A DNA stretch of 63,006 nt, counting the filler, from Choristocarpus tenellus KU-1152 (lineage: Eukaryota; Protista; Phaeophyceae): NCBI GenBank assembly GCA_964200185.2. It is 7 parts of 7 records of this genome, joined end to end, with 100 filler letters (N's around TTAATTAATTAA, not from the genome) between each part and the next. Parts side by side here need not be neighbours in the genome. Positions count along the whole stretch, not along the records: positions 18,814 to 28,717 come from CAXNAD020003294.1; positions 28,818 to 31,489 come from CAXNAD020025765.1; positions 31,590 to 39,232 come from CAXNAD020005830.1; positions 39,333 to 48,245 come from CAXNAD020004203.1; 3 more parts are not named here. One strand, given 5' to 3'. A model generated the notes under the pieces. The model searched no databases. It worked only from the letters and a program-made list of their open reading frames with translations, and was not told the origin of the DNA. Shown here in pieces: positions 26,729-39,396 of this stretch; positions within the stretch are counted from its first letter, which is position 1, and each line of letters begins with the position of its first letter. Position numbers and translations under genes: made by a program.

Positions 26729-28064
26729 CTCCAACTGTCCTGTAACTCTGTGACGTCATGAATTTTCACTTTTTAGTTCGGTCGTTTCTTCATGAATACG
26801 AAGACTTTCCTGGTGATGTATGGGTCAAATTGAAAGTTTGGATATAATTGTTCAGAGGAGATTCTGGATTCCGTAAATTATTCCGAAATAATAATAAATA
26901 TGTTCCGAGAAGTGGAGCCGAAAAAACGTCCTTTTCAGTCGCTGTGCTACACTAAGCGGTTAGTGCAACACCCCCCCATCGTCACACAATATCTCGACAC
27001 CTCGCCAATAGCCGTACAACTCTCTCTTAGCCTCCAGACCATCTGCGAGGTGAGTCCCGTTGCCACTATGGTCACTCCGACGAGTCCGCCGTCTTTTGCT
27101 GAGAGTCCTTCATCCCGTAGAAAAATAGCGACCTGAGCGAGGACGGTCGAAACGCGCTGGTCGTATGCTATGCTTTAGCGCTACCTCCCAGTTAGAAACG
27201 ACTTCCGAAAGGGTGGTCCGGGGAGGAAAGGGTGGACTCCATGAAGGTACACCACAAGAGTCACACTCCCAAGGTGATGTTCTTCTGCACCATTTTGCGC
27301 CCAGGTCCTTTCCGCAATTTCGACAGCAAGATCGGAATCTGGCGTGTTTGCGCGATCAAGCGCAGAGAAATTCGGTCCACCGCGAGAGGGGGCAGCAGCA
27401 CGACTTCGATGTGACCATTGACGCCAAATGGTACTGGGAGTGGTACGTGGAGACGTTTCTCCCTGCATTGAAGGGAAAAATGCCGTGATTGGAAGGCGAG
27501 GAGGTGGTCGCGCAGGAGGACAAAGTGACTCCACATACGGGAAAGCACTCACTGCGGAAGGTCCACGAAGCTGGGAGGGAGGGGAGGTGGAATGTCAAGT
27601 TTGTAACGCAGCCTGTGCAGTCACCTGGTCTCAATATCAACAATTTGGGGTTCTTTGCCTCCCTAAAAAGTAGATTTTGGAGGGAGCACTATGGTTTGAT
27701 AGACGACCTTGTGAAGGGGATAAAGAACACGTATGGCTGTACGACGCAGCTACTTTAGAGACTGGCAGAGTCTCTTTAAGCGGTACAAATAATTTCTGAA
27801 GGCGCTAGGGGGTAACGATTTCGAGGTACAGAACACCAGAACAAAGAAAGGTAGCGTGAGGGAAGTCTGCCAAAATCGTTCAGAATCGACAGAGGAAGTT
27901 TCGACGCGGTGGTGGATTGGTTGATTGATGGACACAACGAAAGCTACAAGGAATTATTTTCATGTTAAAAGATCAAGGAATCCAACGTGGAAAAACGTTT
28001 TCCATCGGAGGTCATCTGGAGAAGTAACATCCTTAACGTCGCAGACTTTTGGGACAGAAGGGAG
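26729..28064 (+). mobile_element. Defective Tc1/mariner element of the plant-type DD39D (Stowaway-mobilising) clade
   Basis: Degenerate TIRs TA|CTCCAACTGTCCTGTAACTCTGTGACGT ... ACGTCGCAGACTTTTGGGACAGAAGGGAG|TG enclosing transposase remnants. Confidence 0.75.
27232..27932 (+). pseudogene. Mariner DD39D-like transposase pseudogene (C-terminal catalytic part)
   Basis: HKSHTPKVMF..RP..FDSKIGIW, FLPALKGKMP, QEDKVTPH, QPVQSPGLNINNLGFFASLK; split across frames with an in-frame TGA at 27486-27488. Confidence 0.85.
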
Positions 28065-28349
28065 TGGTCATCCAAGAGAATACAGACAACCACAACAACC
28101 GAAACCGATTTGTATTGCTTCCAACTTCATAGTATTAGTACAATACACAAAACAAAGAAAACGAACAACTGCAATAACTATCTGGACATAGAAAATAAAT
28201 ACGAATAGCTGAGTTAATTTCTGTTACCTCCTTTATTTCTCAACTATTGAAGTGAGCCGATTAAACTGTCACGGTTCACAACAAACACAAGATGGATAGG
28301 TGTGGTCCTTGCAGCTTGGGCATCCTGTTTGTGTGATAATTTGTCCACA

Positions 28350-28410
28350 AACAGCCAATCATCAAAATTGAGGATGGAGCTTTTTATTGAGGATGAGCGA
28401 GACGCGGATT
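28350..28410. mobile_element. Family C terminus (diverged)
   Basis: AACAGCCAATCATCAAAATTGAGGATGGAGC resembles the termini at 28818, 31590, 39333, 48177. Confidence 0.6.
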
Positions 28411-28717
28411 GGTGTGCGGAAAGTGCACATATGTTTTTTTTTATGTTGCGGCACTTTTGGAAGGCCCCGCTACGAATGGGAATCCATACCATCCTGACGA
28501 AGGTGGTAGTAGGACAGTGTGTGGGGGGCGGCAACGATTTCGTTTGATCGTCGTGTACATGTATGCCCTGCGTTGGCTTGCTTGCTTGAATAAGTAGTGT
28601 GGTCGGTGGAGTCATTTGACTGTGGATGGTGGCGGTGGTAGAAAATAATAGTACTTCAAAGTAGTTTTTTTCGGGGCGGCGTCTCATTGACATTATGGAT
28701 GGCTGACTGACTGAGAA

Positions 28718-28817
28718 NNNNNNNNNNNNNNNNNNNNNNNNNNNNNNNNNNNNNNNNNNNNTTAATTAATTAANNNNNNNNNNNNNNNNNNNNNNNNNNN
28801 NNNNNNNNNNNNNNNNN
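28718..28817. other. Artificial contig spacer
   Basis: N run with TTAATTAATTAA. Confidence 0.98.
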
Positions 28818-28844
28818 CATCCTCAATTTTTGAAATCGGCTGTT
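28818..28844. mobile_element. Family C terminus at contig start
   Basis: CATCCTCAATTTTTGAAATCGGCTGTT. Confidence 0.6.
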
Positions 28845-30117
28845 CTATGGTGATGCTGGTTTGTTTGCTTCAAACACCACTACCTCCTTTTAAAAAAAGC
28901 CACCATGATGACTCCTGGTATAGAATGTAGTGCCATAATGATACAGAGACAGAGCCACTAGAGTAGTTCCTGTCAGATACACTATGGAGAAGAGGGAACC
29001 AACTGGTTGCTGACTGTTGTTCAATGGCTCATTTCAAATCAGAAATAACTCAAAACAACTAGCTTAACCTATGGCCTTCATGTATGACGTGGAAACTCAA
29101 TGCAATGGATGTAGCTTCTATGTGAGGTTTTGAGTATCTGTTACCAAGGTTCTGACCATAGAGAGCTATTCTACTAGCATATTCCCAGGTAGAATATATA
29201 CCTTTGCAAGTCCCTGGTCTGAAGCACATAAGTAGCCTGCACATTACAACCTTGTTTGTCCCTGCTGCTTCAACCTGAAATACCATGATGGTAAAGATAT
29301 CAAATGTTATCCTTTGATTACCTGTAGACTTGTTAGTGTGTACAGTTCTATTACTACAGCCTCACATCTCATACACAAGACTAGGGCTGTGGCCTTGGGA
29401 CAAATGTGTGAACTGCCATACTATGAAAACCTCACCTCTTGCATCAGTGAATACATGTAATTCTTGGCACATGGTTTTGTTAGATTCAGAAATAAGCTAT
29501 ATTTTATTATTATCAGGTGGACGCAATCTCTTCGCATCGAGGCAACAATGCCAGCAGCATTGCTGAGAATGTCTAAGATATGACTGAGAATGTCTAAGAT
29601 TAAGATATGACTGATTGGTCCGCAATGTTACTATATCATCGAGATGTCCTCAAGAACGCCCACCCCTTCCGATAAGTTGAACACACTCTACACTTGGTAC
29701 TACTTGTGCGATCCTTGTACAAATAGCCCCCCCCTGTACCCCCCAACAAGATCACAGACACCAACACTACACAGATGTTTAGAGGCACTAGAAGCCTTAA
29801 AAGACATGCAACATCAGTAGCAAAGCTTACAGGCCACACATATCCATAGACAGAAACACAGGGATGTAAGTTCCCACACAGAAGTGCACGATACCTGGAA
29901 GATATACACAGCACCAACTTTGATCTTGAAACCAGCTAATCTGTTGTAATAGAGAGACAAATCACAACAGAAATAAAAGTGCAGCATGCCTTAAAGGGGT
30001 TTCGGCAGTCTGCACCAACTGATAATATACAATCATGGCATCAGAATTACGGCCTCCACTTCTATCCTACAGGAGACCTCAGCTTCAAGAAAGACGCTCA
30101 CAACAAAATGTACCCAT

Positions 30118-31380
30118 CTACTTGTTAAGGTTACGCCACTTGTCCTTAAGGTCCACACTTCTCCTTTTGTCATGAAACTTGTACATTCGAAGAATTTTTG
30201 TCCAGTTGCCCACTCCACACTCCTTAACACCCTTTTGAAGGTACTTAACCTCTTCTTTTGACCAAGGATGGCGTTTAGATTTGTATATCTCAGGTGCATC
30301 TGGTAGAGCAGGGGGGGTTTCCGGCTGCAGAGATAGGAGGAAAATGCACACAAAAATAATGTATGTATGTATATATATATCAGGAAGAGAGCTGTGCAGC
30401 ATATACTTGCATCATACAAAAAAAATTAGGAAAAAAATAGTTCATTTATCTTTTTACAGGAGTTACAAACAACTTCAAGTCGAATGGTTTGTGAAGAGAT
30501 TGACTTGACTTGTGCTTGTTATGTGGGTTATTGTTTGTACAACCGCTATGACATTCTACAAAGTTATACTACTATTGATAACGATAGCTAGGGAACTATG
30601 AACATCCCTTGAGTCCAGCCAGACAAAAAAAGGAATAAGTCAGACTTAGACTCCATTCAACAAACACTAAAAGAGTGAAAGTATCATAGACGGTACGAGT
30701 TTTGCCTTGGTTGTCTTTTGCCTTGGTTGTCCATTTGGGGCTTGGCTTTCCACAGGTTTTCGTTCAATTTTACCTACTCCAAAATTTAGGAGTAGGTAAA
30801 ATGTATATGTTATGAAAAGGTGTGTCCGGAACAAGGATATTGACAATTTATAACAATAAACACGATAGCCAAAATTACATCAAAAATCGCAACATTAGAC
30901 TTTGGCCCCCAAATGGACACTGCCCTCCCCCCTAAGATACTTAGGCTCAAAGGAGTATAATACAAAGTGTACTGCACACTATATAATATCATATAAATAT
31001 TATACTTCATTTCAAAACATGAAACTGTTACTACCACCACACCACACCACACCACACTGCACTAAACCCTTGCGACAACCAATGCAAGAAACAATGACTC
31101 CGCATCTTGGTGCACTTCATCCAGAAGTCTTCAGCTTTGTTTACTATGAATACAGAAGACAAAACTCGATGCTTGTCCTAACCCCAACGCATGAATGCTA
31201 CAAGGATTTCAAATGAGCCACATCAAGAGCTTCACTACATATAGCAGAACAATACATATACCCTAACCCTAACCCTAACCCTAAAAATAATATAGGACTC
31301 AAGCTCACCGCTGGGTGCTTTGTGAGTGTGAGTCTCTGCACGGGAGGCTCATCGGCGCTTTGTGAGTCTGAGAAGTACAC
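30118..31380 (-). CDS. Telomere repeat-binding factor-like protein with C-terminal telobox Myb domain, 5' partial
   Basis: Exons 31309-31380 and 30118-30324 (GT-AG, phase 0); KRHPWSKEEVKYLQKGVKECGVGNWTKIL...RRSVDLKDKWRNL immediately before the stop is the telobox signature. Confidence 0.88.
30673..30948. mobile_element. MITE family B (inverted) in the telobox gene intron
   Basis: GAGTGAAAGTATC ... GATACTTAGGCTC; internal tandem duplication TTTTGCCTTGGTTGTC; flanks AAAA/AAAG. Confidence 0.88.
31261..31284 (-). repeat. Interstitial telomeric repeat (TTAGGG)4
   Basis: CCCTAA x4 on the + strand. Confidence 0.95.
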
Positions 31381-31489
31381 CTGTAAAACAAAAAAAGGGA
31401 ACAGACACAGCAATCATCCCCCCCCCCCCCCCCCCCCCCCCAAAACACCAAAGGATTCGATGCGTAGACAAACAAAACGAGCACCGAAA

Positions 31490-31589
31490 NNNNNNNNNNN
31501 NNNNNNNNNNNNNNNNNNNNNNNNNNNNNNNNNTTAATTAATTAANNNNNNNNNNNNNNNNNNNNNNNNNNNNNNNNNNNNNNNNNNNN
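31490..31589. other. Artificial contig spacer
   Basis: N run with TTAATTAATTAA. Confidence 0.98.
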
Positions 31590-31659
31590 TAAAGACCGTT
31601 TTAGCAAAACAACCATCCTCATAGTCCCGCGCCATCCTCAATTTTGAGGATCCCCTGTT
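31590..31659. mobile_element. Family C terminus at contig start
   Basis: Reverse complement of 48177-48245 with one mismatch. Confidence 0.8.
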
Positions 31660-33436
31660 TACTTTCCTTCACCCCCTACCAGCAGCAAGCACACACCAAC
31701 ACTACCACCTCCACCATACCGCCATTAGTGAGTATTTTCCATTCTACTTATTCTTTGAAAAAGGTGCTACTATTGTAGGTGAACTAATTATTTCTCTTCT
31801 ATCAAATCTACTGTTGTTGTGACAATGGTATTGATACATACATTTGGTTAGTAGTAGTAGTTGTTGGTTGTTGTGTATGTCCACTATCCAGCTTACCCCA
31901 CCATGATTAAATTTTAGAATACAATTGAAGTAGCCACCAGTTCTACTCCATTCACCACACCAATACTACTACAACCAAGTGGTAACACGGATTATGTGTG
32001 CCAAGAGTGACCCATAGCATCAAACTCACACAGACACACGATCATGGCAAACGAACACATTCTCCTCTCCAAGGTTCTCAAAAACTGTCAGAAAGAGACA
32101 CTTATTTTCGTACAGCACCATGCCAACATCAGCCTGTTCTGGCTGAGCTCTTGTCAGCAACAACCCACATCGCCCACAGAAAATTTCCAATTTGCTCCAC
32201 CTCACGGAACCACTCCCCTTGAAATTCCGAAATTTGAAAATTCAAGCCGATGGTCGTAAGTGGGTCGAGTTCAAGAAACTTGGTTATCGTGTAAGCAGTA
32301 TTGTATCCCCAAAGAAAGGTGGAACCTGAGTTCAATGGTGAACCCCCTTGGAGTTACACATATTCCAGTGAGATGTCCCCTCCTTCATTTCAGCTTCCCT
32401 TCACTATCTACCATTCATGGGAGTGGGAGTGCACCAATGTGCAACCAGTACTACCAACTAATCTTAAAACAGGTAAGACAATGTTTGGGTCACATACTTT
32501 ATTCCTCTGCCTGCTGCCCAATGGTTTGTATGGGTTGTGGGAGGCATTATGATAGGAAACCTATATATATCTCACAGTCCATTGACTGCCCAGTCCACTC
32601 GAACAGCATACTCTCCTGGATCTGTGGCATCACACCATACTGATGCTGTGTAATAGTATAATTTGTGATGCAAGGAACAAAGACTAACCCAAGACACAAT
32701 GTGATGCTGCTCACTCATTAGCTGTAATTCGCACCTACACGTCAATCACAGCACTTGATATAAACACCATTTGCTGAGGTTCAACACTACGAACAAGGTA
32801 TGTACAGGCCTGGTAATACTTTGTATGTAAGACCAAGCAACACCTTCACATTTTCATTGCCAGAGGGTCATGTGCGGTCACCACTCAAAAAGTTCAACAT
32901 ATGCACTCCAACGTGTATCACTGTACTCCTTGGCTCATGAATAGGACTTACATGATCACACACATAATTCCCTGCATGCAAACCTGGTTGCCTCATCAAA
33001 AATAGAAACAAGTCACATGCCCTTCACTCCAACAATATTATTATGGATTCTCACCATATCAACACACAAAACTGTACATAAAAAAGTATAAAGTCATGAT
33101 AATTCACATGGTCCCCCAGGGGCGGGCTTGCAAGTTGCACGTCCAACTCCCACAGGACCAAGGACAGCCCCCCCAAATCGACCTCAAGCAATGCAGCTAT
33201 AGGTACCTATTCCGACCCAAAAAATATGTATAAGCAATCACCGCCAAAACATGGCAACACAGACCAAAATAAACAGCGCCTTGCAAAAAAAAAACAGTCC
33301 CATACACCTACCATCCTTCACGTCACATAAAGCGCCATCCATGCAACCACCAGGCCAAACCAATAGTATTAAAAAAACAGCAGCGAGAACCTAGGCCACC
33401 TGTGTAATCCCCATCAGAGGTCATCAACCCCAACCC

Positions 33437-36400
33437 TCATTTCACCTTGGACACCCCTGAGGGGTCCTGCACACGCCGGCGGAAGAGCCACACATCATCA
33501 GCAGTTTCCCCATCCACATCCAGGAGGAACTTCAGGTGAAGAGACGTGGCATTTGCCTCAAGCAGGGTCACACCCCATTCGTAGGCGTTTGTATATTCCA
33601 CCCACTTCGGTCTCGGCTCCGCCAGATTCTGTGACAACCCCATTCCTGCCATTCCCACTACCACATGCACAGGAGCAACATACCCACCCTGTTCCTCTCT
33701 TCCCCGAAATTTGTTCGCGGGCTCTGGCGACTTCGTTCCCCTCATCATTGGTGACCTTGGCCACGGGACAGCACCACGTGCACCGCCATCACCACCGTCC
33801 AAACCCTGCTCATCGAGAAAGGAAAACCCTCTGCACTCCTCAGCATACACCTTGCAAGTACGCTGGTAGCTATGATGGTGGCCCCAGACAGCCAAGTCCA
33901 CCTCATGAGCCAGCAGGAGGGGCTCAACCTCTGAGCGGAGCAACCTCGCCACGGGTTGGTCGTGCCCACAAGGGGCGACTCCCTCGCCGATGCCTGCCGC
34001 TGTGGCTGCTGTTTTTGGCGTCACAACACAATTATCAGACCCTGGGCCGCTACTGCTGACATACATGGGGCGATGACCGGCAAAGACGACCCAGGGGGTC
34101 AGGGTACGGTTCACAGCGGCGAGGTCTGCCTCCAGAAAACGCACCTGCATGGGTGTGAAAACCGCACACGTTGGGGAAAAAATTAGGTGGAAGGTGAGAG
34201 GGGGTGGGGGGGGGGGAGGGGGGATAAGCCCACAAGAAAAGTGAGCAACAGGATTGCAAAGGCAACCCATCTCTACCTTAAGCTACCTTAAGCTAGACCA
34301 CTGTATAACCAATCCGTAGCGTGCACCTGTTCAGAACCGGTTCTGAAGTCGTGCTCTGTGGACATCACGGTGAAATGGATGGGTCCAAAGTTGAAGCCAT
34401 ACCAAGGGGCATCAAGAGTTGGGTCTGATGCTGGCCCAGGCATTAGAAATCTCCATGCTGTAGGCACACCACACTCTCCTCCTGAGTCATCTCCTTGGAA
34501 ATAGGAGAGGTTTGGCCGGGCTGAGCTCTTAGAACGGCTATAAAAATCACGCTCATGGTTACCCACACCTACCATCCATGGGATCACAGATGCCACCGGG
34601 GAGATCTGGTCCATGAACTGAGGAGGAGTGCATTGCAGAAACAGCAGAGGTGATGGGAATTTAATTTGACAGTAGAAACTGGCATGAGGGCAACATGATA
34701 ACCTTTCTTACACAACTTTGAAGGGAACAGAGTGCTTCAACCTGCTCAACAAGGTTGAGGCATGCAGATCACAGGGAACCTTCAGACTATCATCTACTTC
34801 GAGGCCTAATTTAGGTCCAACTTGATCACCGTTGCCCTTTCAGACTCTGGGGCTCCAGGATATATCGTCACGCAGTTCCATTAGTGCGGTCAAATCCGAA
34901 AAAAAAAATGTGTTTTCAAGCTGGAGCACTAAGACAACCATTTGAGGTGTCAACCTAATCCCCAACCTTAGAGGCCATGTCAGACTAAGGTACAAAATGT
35001 GCAACAATTAGACCTTTGTCAAAAAGTGCTTTCTTTTTACATGACTGCTTCTGTAGTTCCCTGTAGAAGCGCATGCCATGAAGCAATTCTTGTCTCCTGT
35101 CACAAACCTTATCATATGGCTCTCTATTCAAAGAAAGAAAGGCCGCTACACCACTTGACCTCTTGCACATTGCAAACAACATCAACGTGAGCACATGTAC
35201 CTTCTTTGCATTCAATATTCAATGATATACCTCAGACTGTCCAAATTTGAATTACACATTCTAAAATAATACAATACATCTAACCTCACAACACAACTTT
35301 ACCTCATCCCACTGAGGGTCATAACCACGAGAGTAGCTTAAGTCTCCAATGTGGAGTACCATATCCAGCCCTGAACTCCCCCTTGACGAAAACTCTTTTT
35401 GGTGACCCAGTTGTTGCATATCTTGCCTTCTTCCATTGCCCAAGCCACCAGAACTGTGGCGCCCTACACCTTTGCTCATATGCTGCTCCAGAAGGCTGAT
35501 TGTTTGAAGTGAAGGCGGTTCCATATCATGGCCTGCATTTAATGTTCCATCCGGTTCGGCAGTGCCCATGTCCCCAAACATCGCCACTGTAACTGACCCA
35601 GACTCTATACCTCTACCCATGGCTGGTAGTTGTGCGGGTGGGGATTTGAAGAAGTTCGATGAACCCCACACTTCTGCGGCGGAATCGCCAGCACGATACT
35701 CATAAAATTCACCTGGCAACAGGCCACGCATGACTGCAGAGTGCAACAGCCCAGGATCGTGGAAACCAACACCAGTAGCGGGTTCACCACAGAGGTCCTC
35801 AGTGGCGTATGTTATGGTCTCTCCCGTACTTTGGCTCCAGGAATCAGGATATATAGAATCGGTCATCCTGCGAAAGAGAACCGCAGGGGCTCTTGAGGCC
35901 TTACCCGTGGTCCAAGAGAGTCGCATCGAGGATGGTACTCCGGTGAGGGAGAGATGGGGATGCAGTACCTGCCATTTGTCGGTATGATGCATTTTTGAAT
36001 TGGTCACAAAATGTGGTATAGGTCAGGAGGAGAGGAAGGACAGAAACAAAGTCGATGCATCAAGTCAATGAATGCTACAGTTAAAAAAAAGTCAGGTTAT
36101 GAAAGTGACAGCGTTGGAATGGAAGGCAGAGCTGTTGCTGGGAACAAGATATACATTCACGGGGTATCCTTGTTCGAACATCGTGACAGCACGAAATGTG
36201 GAGTATGCTCCATCAATTTGCCCAAGGACAACTAATCACCATAGATAACAAGTTGGTCGCGTTCAAACAGAATAGTCTAAAATCTACGTTTTGCCTGCCT
36301 CGTAGGGTTGGGCGAATGTCACGGTTTCCGTCGTCGCAGCAACAAGCACAGCTGCTTCCACTCCTCCAGTGAAAATTCCAAATCTGTACCCCTCGTCGTC

Positions 36401-36820
36401 TCGTAAATTGAGAAGTCGGAATCGAAGACTAGATGTTCCACCCATTCGACGAGCAAGTCCATTACTTATGCCATCCTCCAAGGCATCTTCACCAGTCTCT
36501 TGAATCGCCGTTTTGGCTGCATTGAGGTACTGGTACTTGATCGGCGACGTCTCTCGCAGCTTCTTTTCGTCGTCCAGTGCACTACCCGGAGAATATGCAG
36601 CTACGTAGGCAGTAGGTTCCCACCATCCGATACCGTCCCATGACACTGTAACCCAGTCCCCACTCGACATAAGTTTGGTGGGGGTCACAGAGACAGTGAC
36701 ATCGGGGTCCAATGAAATTGAGGTCTGTTCCAGCTTGATTTCAGCAAGCAGCAGCGACATTTCCTCTGCAGCAGTGGAAGCAAAGGCGAAGCAGGCCAAA
36801 GCCCACAAACATCGCACCAT
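33437..36820 (-). CDS. Secreted purple acid phosphatase (metallophosphoesterase, nucleotide pyrophosphatase/phosphodiesterase-like type)
   Basis: Exons 36299-36820 (GC donor), 35303-35968, 34327-34617, 33437-34144. Signal peptide; all five metal-binding blocks present: FGDMG, GDLSY, GNHE, FAGHRPMY, WGHHHSYQR; also DSGGECGVP and MSTEHDF. Confidence 0.92.
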
Positions 36821-37418
36821 GTTTTAGAGCGAGATGCCAGGAAGCCCCACCTTCACTGTTGAAAACACACGTTTCTCCTAACAATTTGGGTTGGTGAATG
36901 TTCAGTTCAATTCCCCCAATTCAGTTCCCTCACTTTATCCATTCCGATATATAGTATCCGATATCGAGATAATGATTATTCTACTAACTTCTTTAATTTA
37001 TCACCACAAAAATGATGGAAACTTTTCCTTTAGATAATACTGCAATAGAATAGTAATTTTGGATGTCTATATATTTAATTTACCACATAAGACACGTTCG
37101 TGGTTCAAAATTTTGGGTGCCTCAGAAAGTTCTCTGGATGAGTTGGCTACACACACACAGTATAGGGGGGAGAGGGGTGGGAGGTTATAGCAGGAAAGGG
37201 GCTATAAAATCCTGGTTACGACAGATAAATGGTTGTCTTGAGACATGTATGATGTGCTGAAGTTGGTTTTTCTTAATGACACCTTCAAAATGTATTACAT
37301 AAAACACCATAAAGGAAGGAAATATTTATCGTTACTTCACTGTCTTTTTGTAAAGCTACATTGTTTATGCTTTGAAAGGCTGACATTCTAGAATCCATGC
37401 TCAACATGTCACCCTTAC

Positions 37419-38054
37419 CGATGATGGACGAACCCTCCACTGTCCTATTGCCACAAATATCAACACCATCAGTGTAGTCGTCACTGTCAGTATTTGAGTC
37501 ATAATCAGGGTGACAGTACTGGAAGGTGGGGAAGGTGTATGGAGAGCAATCAACTCCAGAACAAGCCTCAGGGAAATCACCCTCCACAGCATCATTGCAG
37601 CGATCCCCCTCAAAACGCCTCCACCCATAGTTTTCCTACACCTTATACGGCAGTAGGTAAGGAAGATAGGGATTATGGACAGGAAATTGAGGAAGTTAGT
37701 GTTTGGAGTAGGAGAAGAATTGGAATTAGATTGCGCTCGATATTCCATTAAACAGAATATTATATATTCTCTCCACGCAGGTCCAGTCAATCTAATGATG
37801 GGGAAGTCAATGTACATGGGCCTGAAACTGGTTGTTGTATACAATATATATATATATATATAGAAGATAGTGTTAATACAGATCCAGTTCAACAGGTGTT
37901 CGAGCTGTTATAGGTGAGGTAGGTGCCTGTACTTACTCGGTGATATTAACCTCTTCCACCTGACCTAGTCAACTTCGTTGCAGTATTGTTCATCTATTGC
38001 TATACTTGAACGGATTCCGCATGCCCCACGCATAGATCTCTGACAAACTGGTGC
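37419..38054 (-). pseudogene. Glucose/sorbosone dehydrogenase (GSDH/HIPL1-like beta-propeller) pseudogene fragment
   Basis: Exon remnants 37937-38054 (EIYAWGMRNPF...VEEVNITE, with stop and frameshift) and 37419-37641 (NYGWRRFEGDRC...FPTFQYCH...SSIIG, 1-nt frameshift near start); no following GGYVYRG-type exon seen. Confidence 0.75.
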
Positions 38055-38171
38055 CTTCACACAGAAATTAAAAAAGATATGGCCATTGGAACACAAAATT
38101 ATGTATGAGTGTGAAAAGGATTCACAAGGGATACACCCTTTCTGGAATTGCACAAATACTTGTCTTTTTTC

Positions 38172-38350
38172 GGCTCAGAGTATCTGGGGGAGGGGGGGTG
38201 TCTACACCAGGGTGTCCATTCGGGTCCTGATCAGGAGAGGTGAACTTACACTATCCATCCGATGCATGCAACCAAATCACCCAAAAATGGTGACATGGAA
38301 AAATGGGTCCCGAGTGGACAGCCATCACCCCCCCCCAGATACTTTGAGCC
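38172..38350. mobile_element. MITE family A, complete (179 bp) with 4-bp TSD TTTC
   Basis: TTTC|GGCTCAGAGTATCTGGGGG ... CCCCCAGATACTTTGAGCC|TTTC. Confidence 0.92.
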
Positions 38351-38604
38351 TTTCCATTTCTTGCGATCCTTGAAATGCAGCCTTGCCTACCCCTTCAATT
38401 CTTCGCATCAAGGTTTAGAGGGCCATCGAGGACTACTGCGAGATATAATATGATAAACAATAACCCAACTCCCAAATTGCGAAAGTCTGTTCTTGTTCTG
38501 GAGGATCAGACCGCGTATCCCCAAAGGTTTTTTATCCAACGTCTTGCTGCCACTGGCTACATCACATTGGGTGCCTAAATAGGTCTTTACGTGATCTCAC
38601 AGGT

Positions 38605-38846
38605 TAGTCGCAGTAACTTAGAGGGTAGAGTCACGTCCATTTGGGGGCCAAAATCCGTTGCGATTTTGATATCATTTTGGCTATCATGTTTGCTAGGAAG
38701 TGTCAATATCCTTGTTCCGTACACACCTTTTCATAATATACACAAAACATTTCGGAGTAGGAAAATGTCATTAAGAAACCCATGGGAAGCCAAGCCCCAA
38801 ACGGCAAAACGGGGAAATACTCTTACCCTCTAAGATACTTTCACAC
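38605..38846. mobile_element. MITE family B (left TIR degraded)
   Basis: Colinear with 5029-5286; ends TACCCTCTAAGATACTTTCACAC. Confidence 0.85.
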
Positions 38847-39154
38847 TTGGTGCTCGCCGGAAGTATTTTGTCTTCAACTTTGGCAAGATAATTTTTTATT
38901 TATAAATATAGTCTTGACTGTGCACTGCAGTAGTGCCTGGTCTTCTCGTGTCGTTGTATCTTGTCTACAGTGCAGAGGAACTACACTAGTGATAAGCCCT
39001 GAAAGAAGGAATAATTTTTTGGGGGGGTTCCTGACAGCACAAAAAAAAAAATACGCACTTGAGTTCATGCGTCGATTATCGGACATTTGGGATGCCTTTT
39101 CCTGCTTTCTGCAATCAAGCTATACATCGTGCAACTAAGTGCAGAAGATTATCA

Positions 39155-39232
39155 GGCTCAAAGTATCTGGGGGGGGGGGTCTACTCCAGGGTGTCGATTC
39201 AGGCCCTGACCAGGACAAGTGCACTTACATTA
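39155..39232. mobile_element. MITE family A left part at contig break
   Basis: GGCTCAAAGTATCTGGGGGG... Confidence 0.85.
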
Positions 39233-39332
39233 NNNNNNNNNNNNNNNNNNNNNNNNNNNNNNNNNNNNNNNNNNNNTTAATTAATTAANNNNNNNNNNNN
39301 NNNNNNNNNNNNNNNNNNNNNNNNNNNNNNNN
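39233..39332. other. Artificial contig spacer
   Basis: N run with TTAATTAATTAA. Confidence 0.98.
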
Positions 39333-39396
39333 ACCATTTTGGGTCAAACTCCTCCTCCATAGTATGCTCCATCCTCAATTTTGGTGATCGGCTGTT
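39333..39396. mobile_element. Family C terminus at contig start
   Basis: CCATCCTCAATTTTGGTGATCGGCTGTT. Confidence 0.65.

Noticed and set aside
32129-32380. Coding-like minus-strand stretch (GSTFLWGYNTAYTITKF...)
   Set aside because: Bounded by stops, no recognisable family and no clear splice sites
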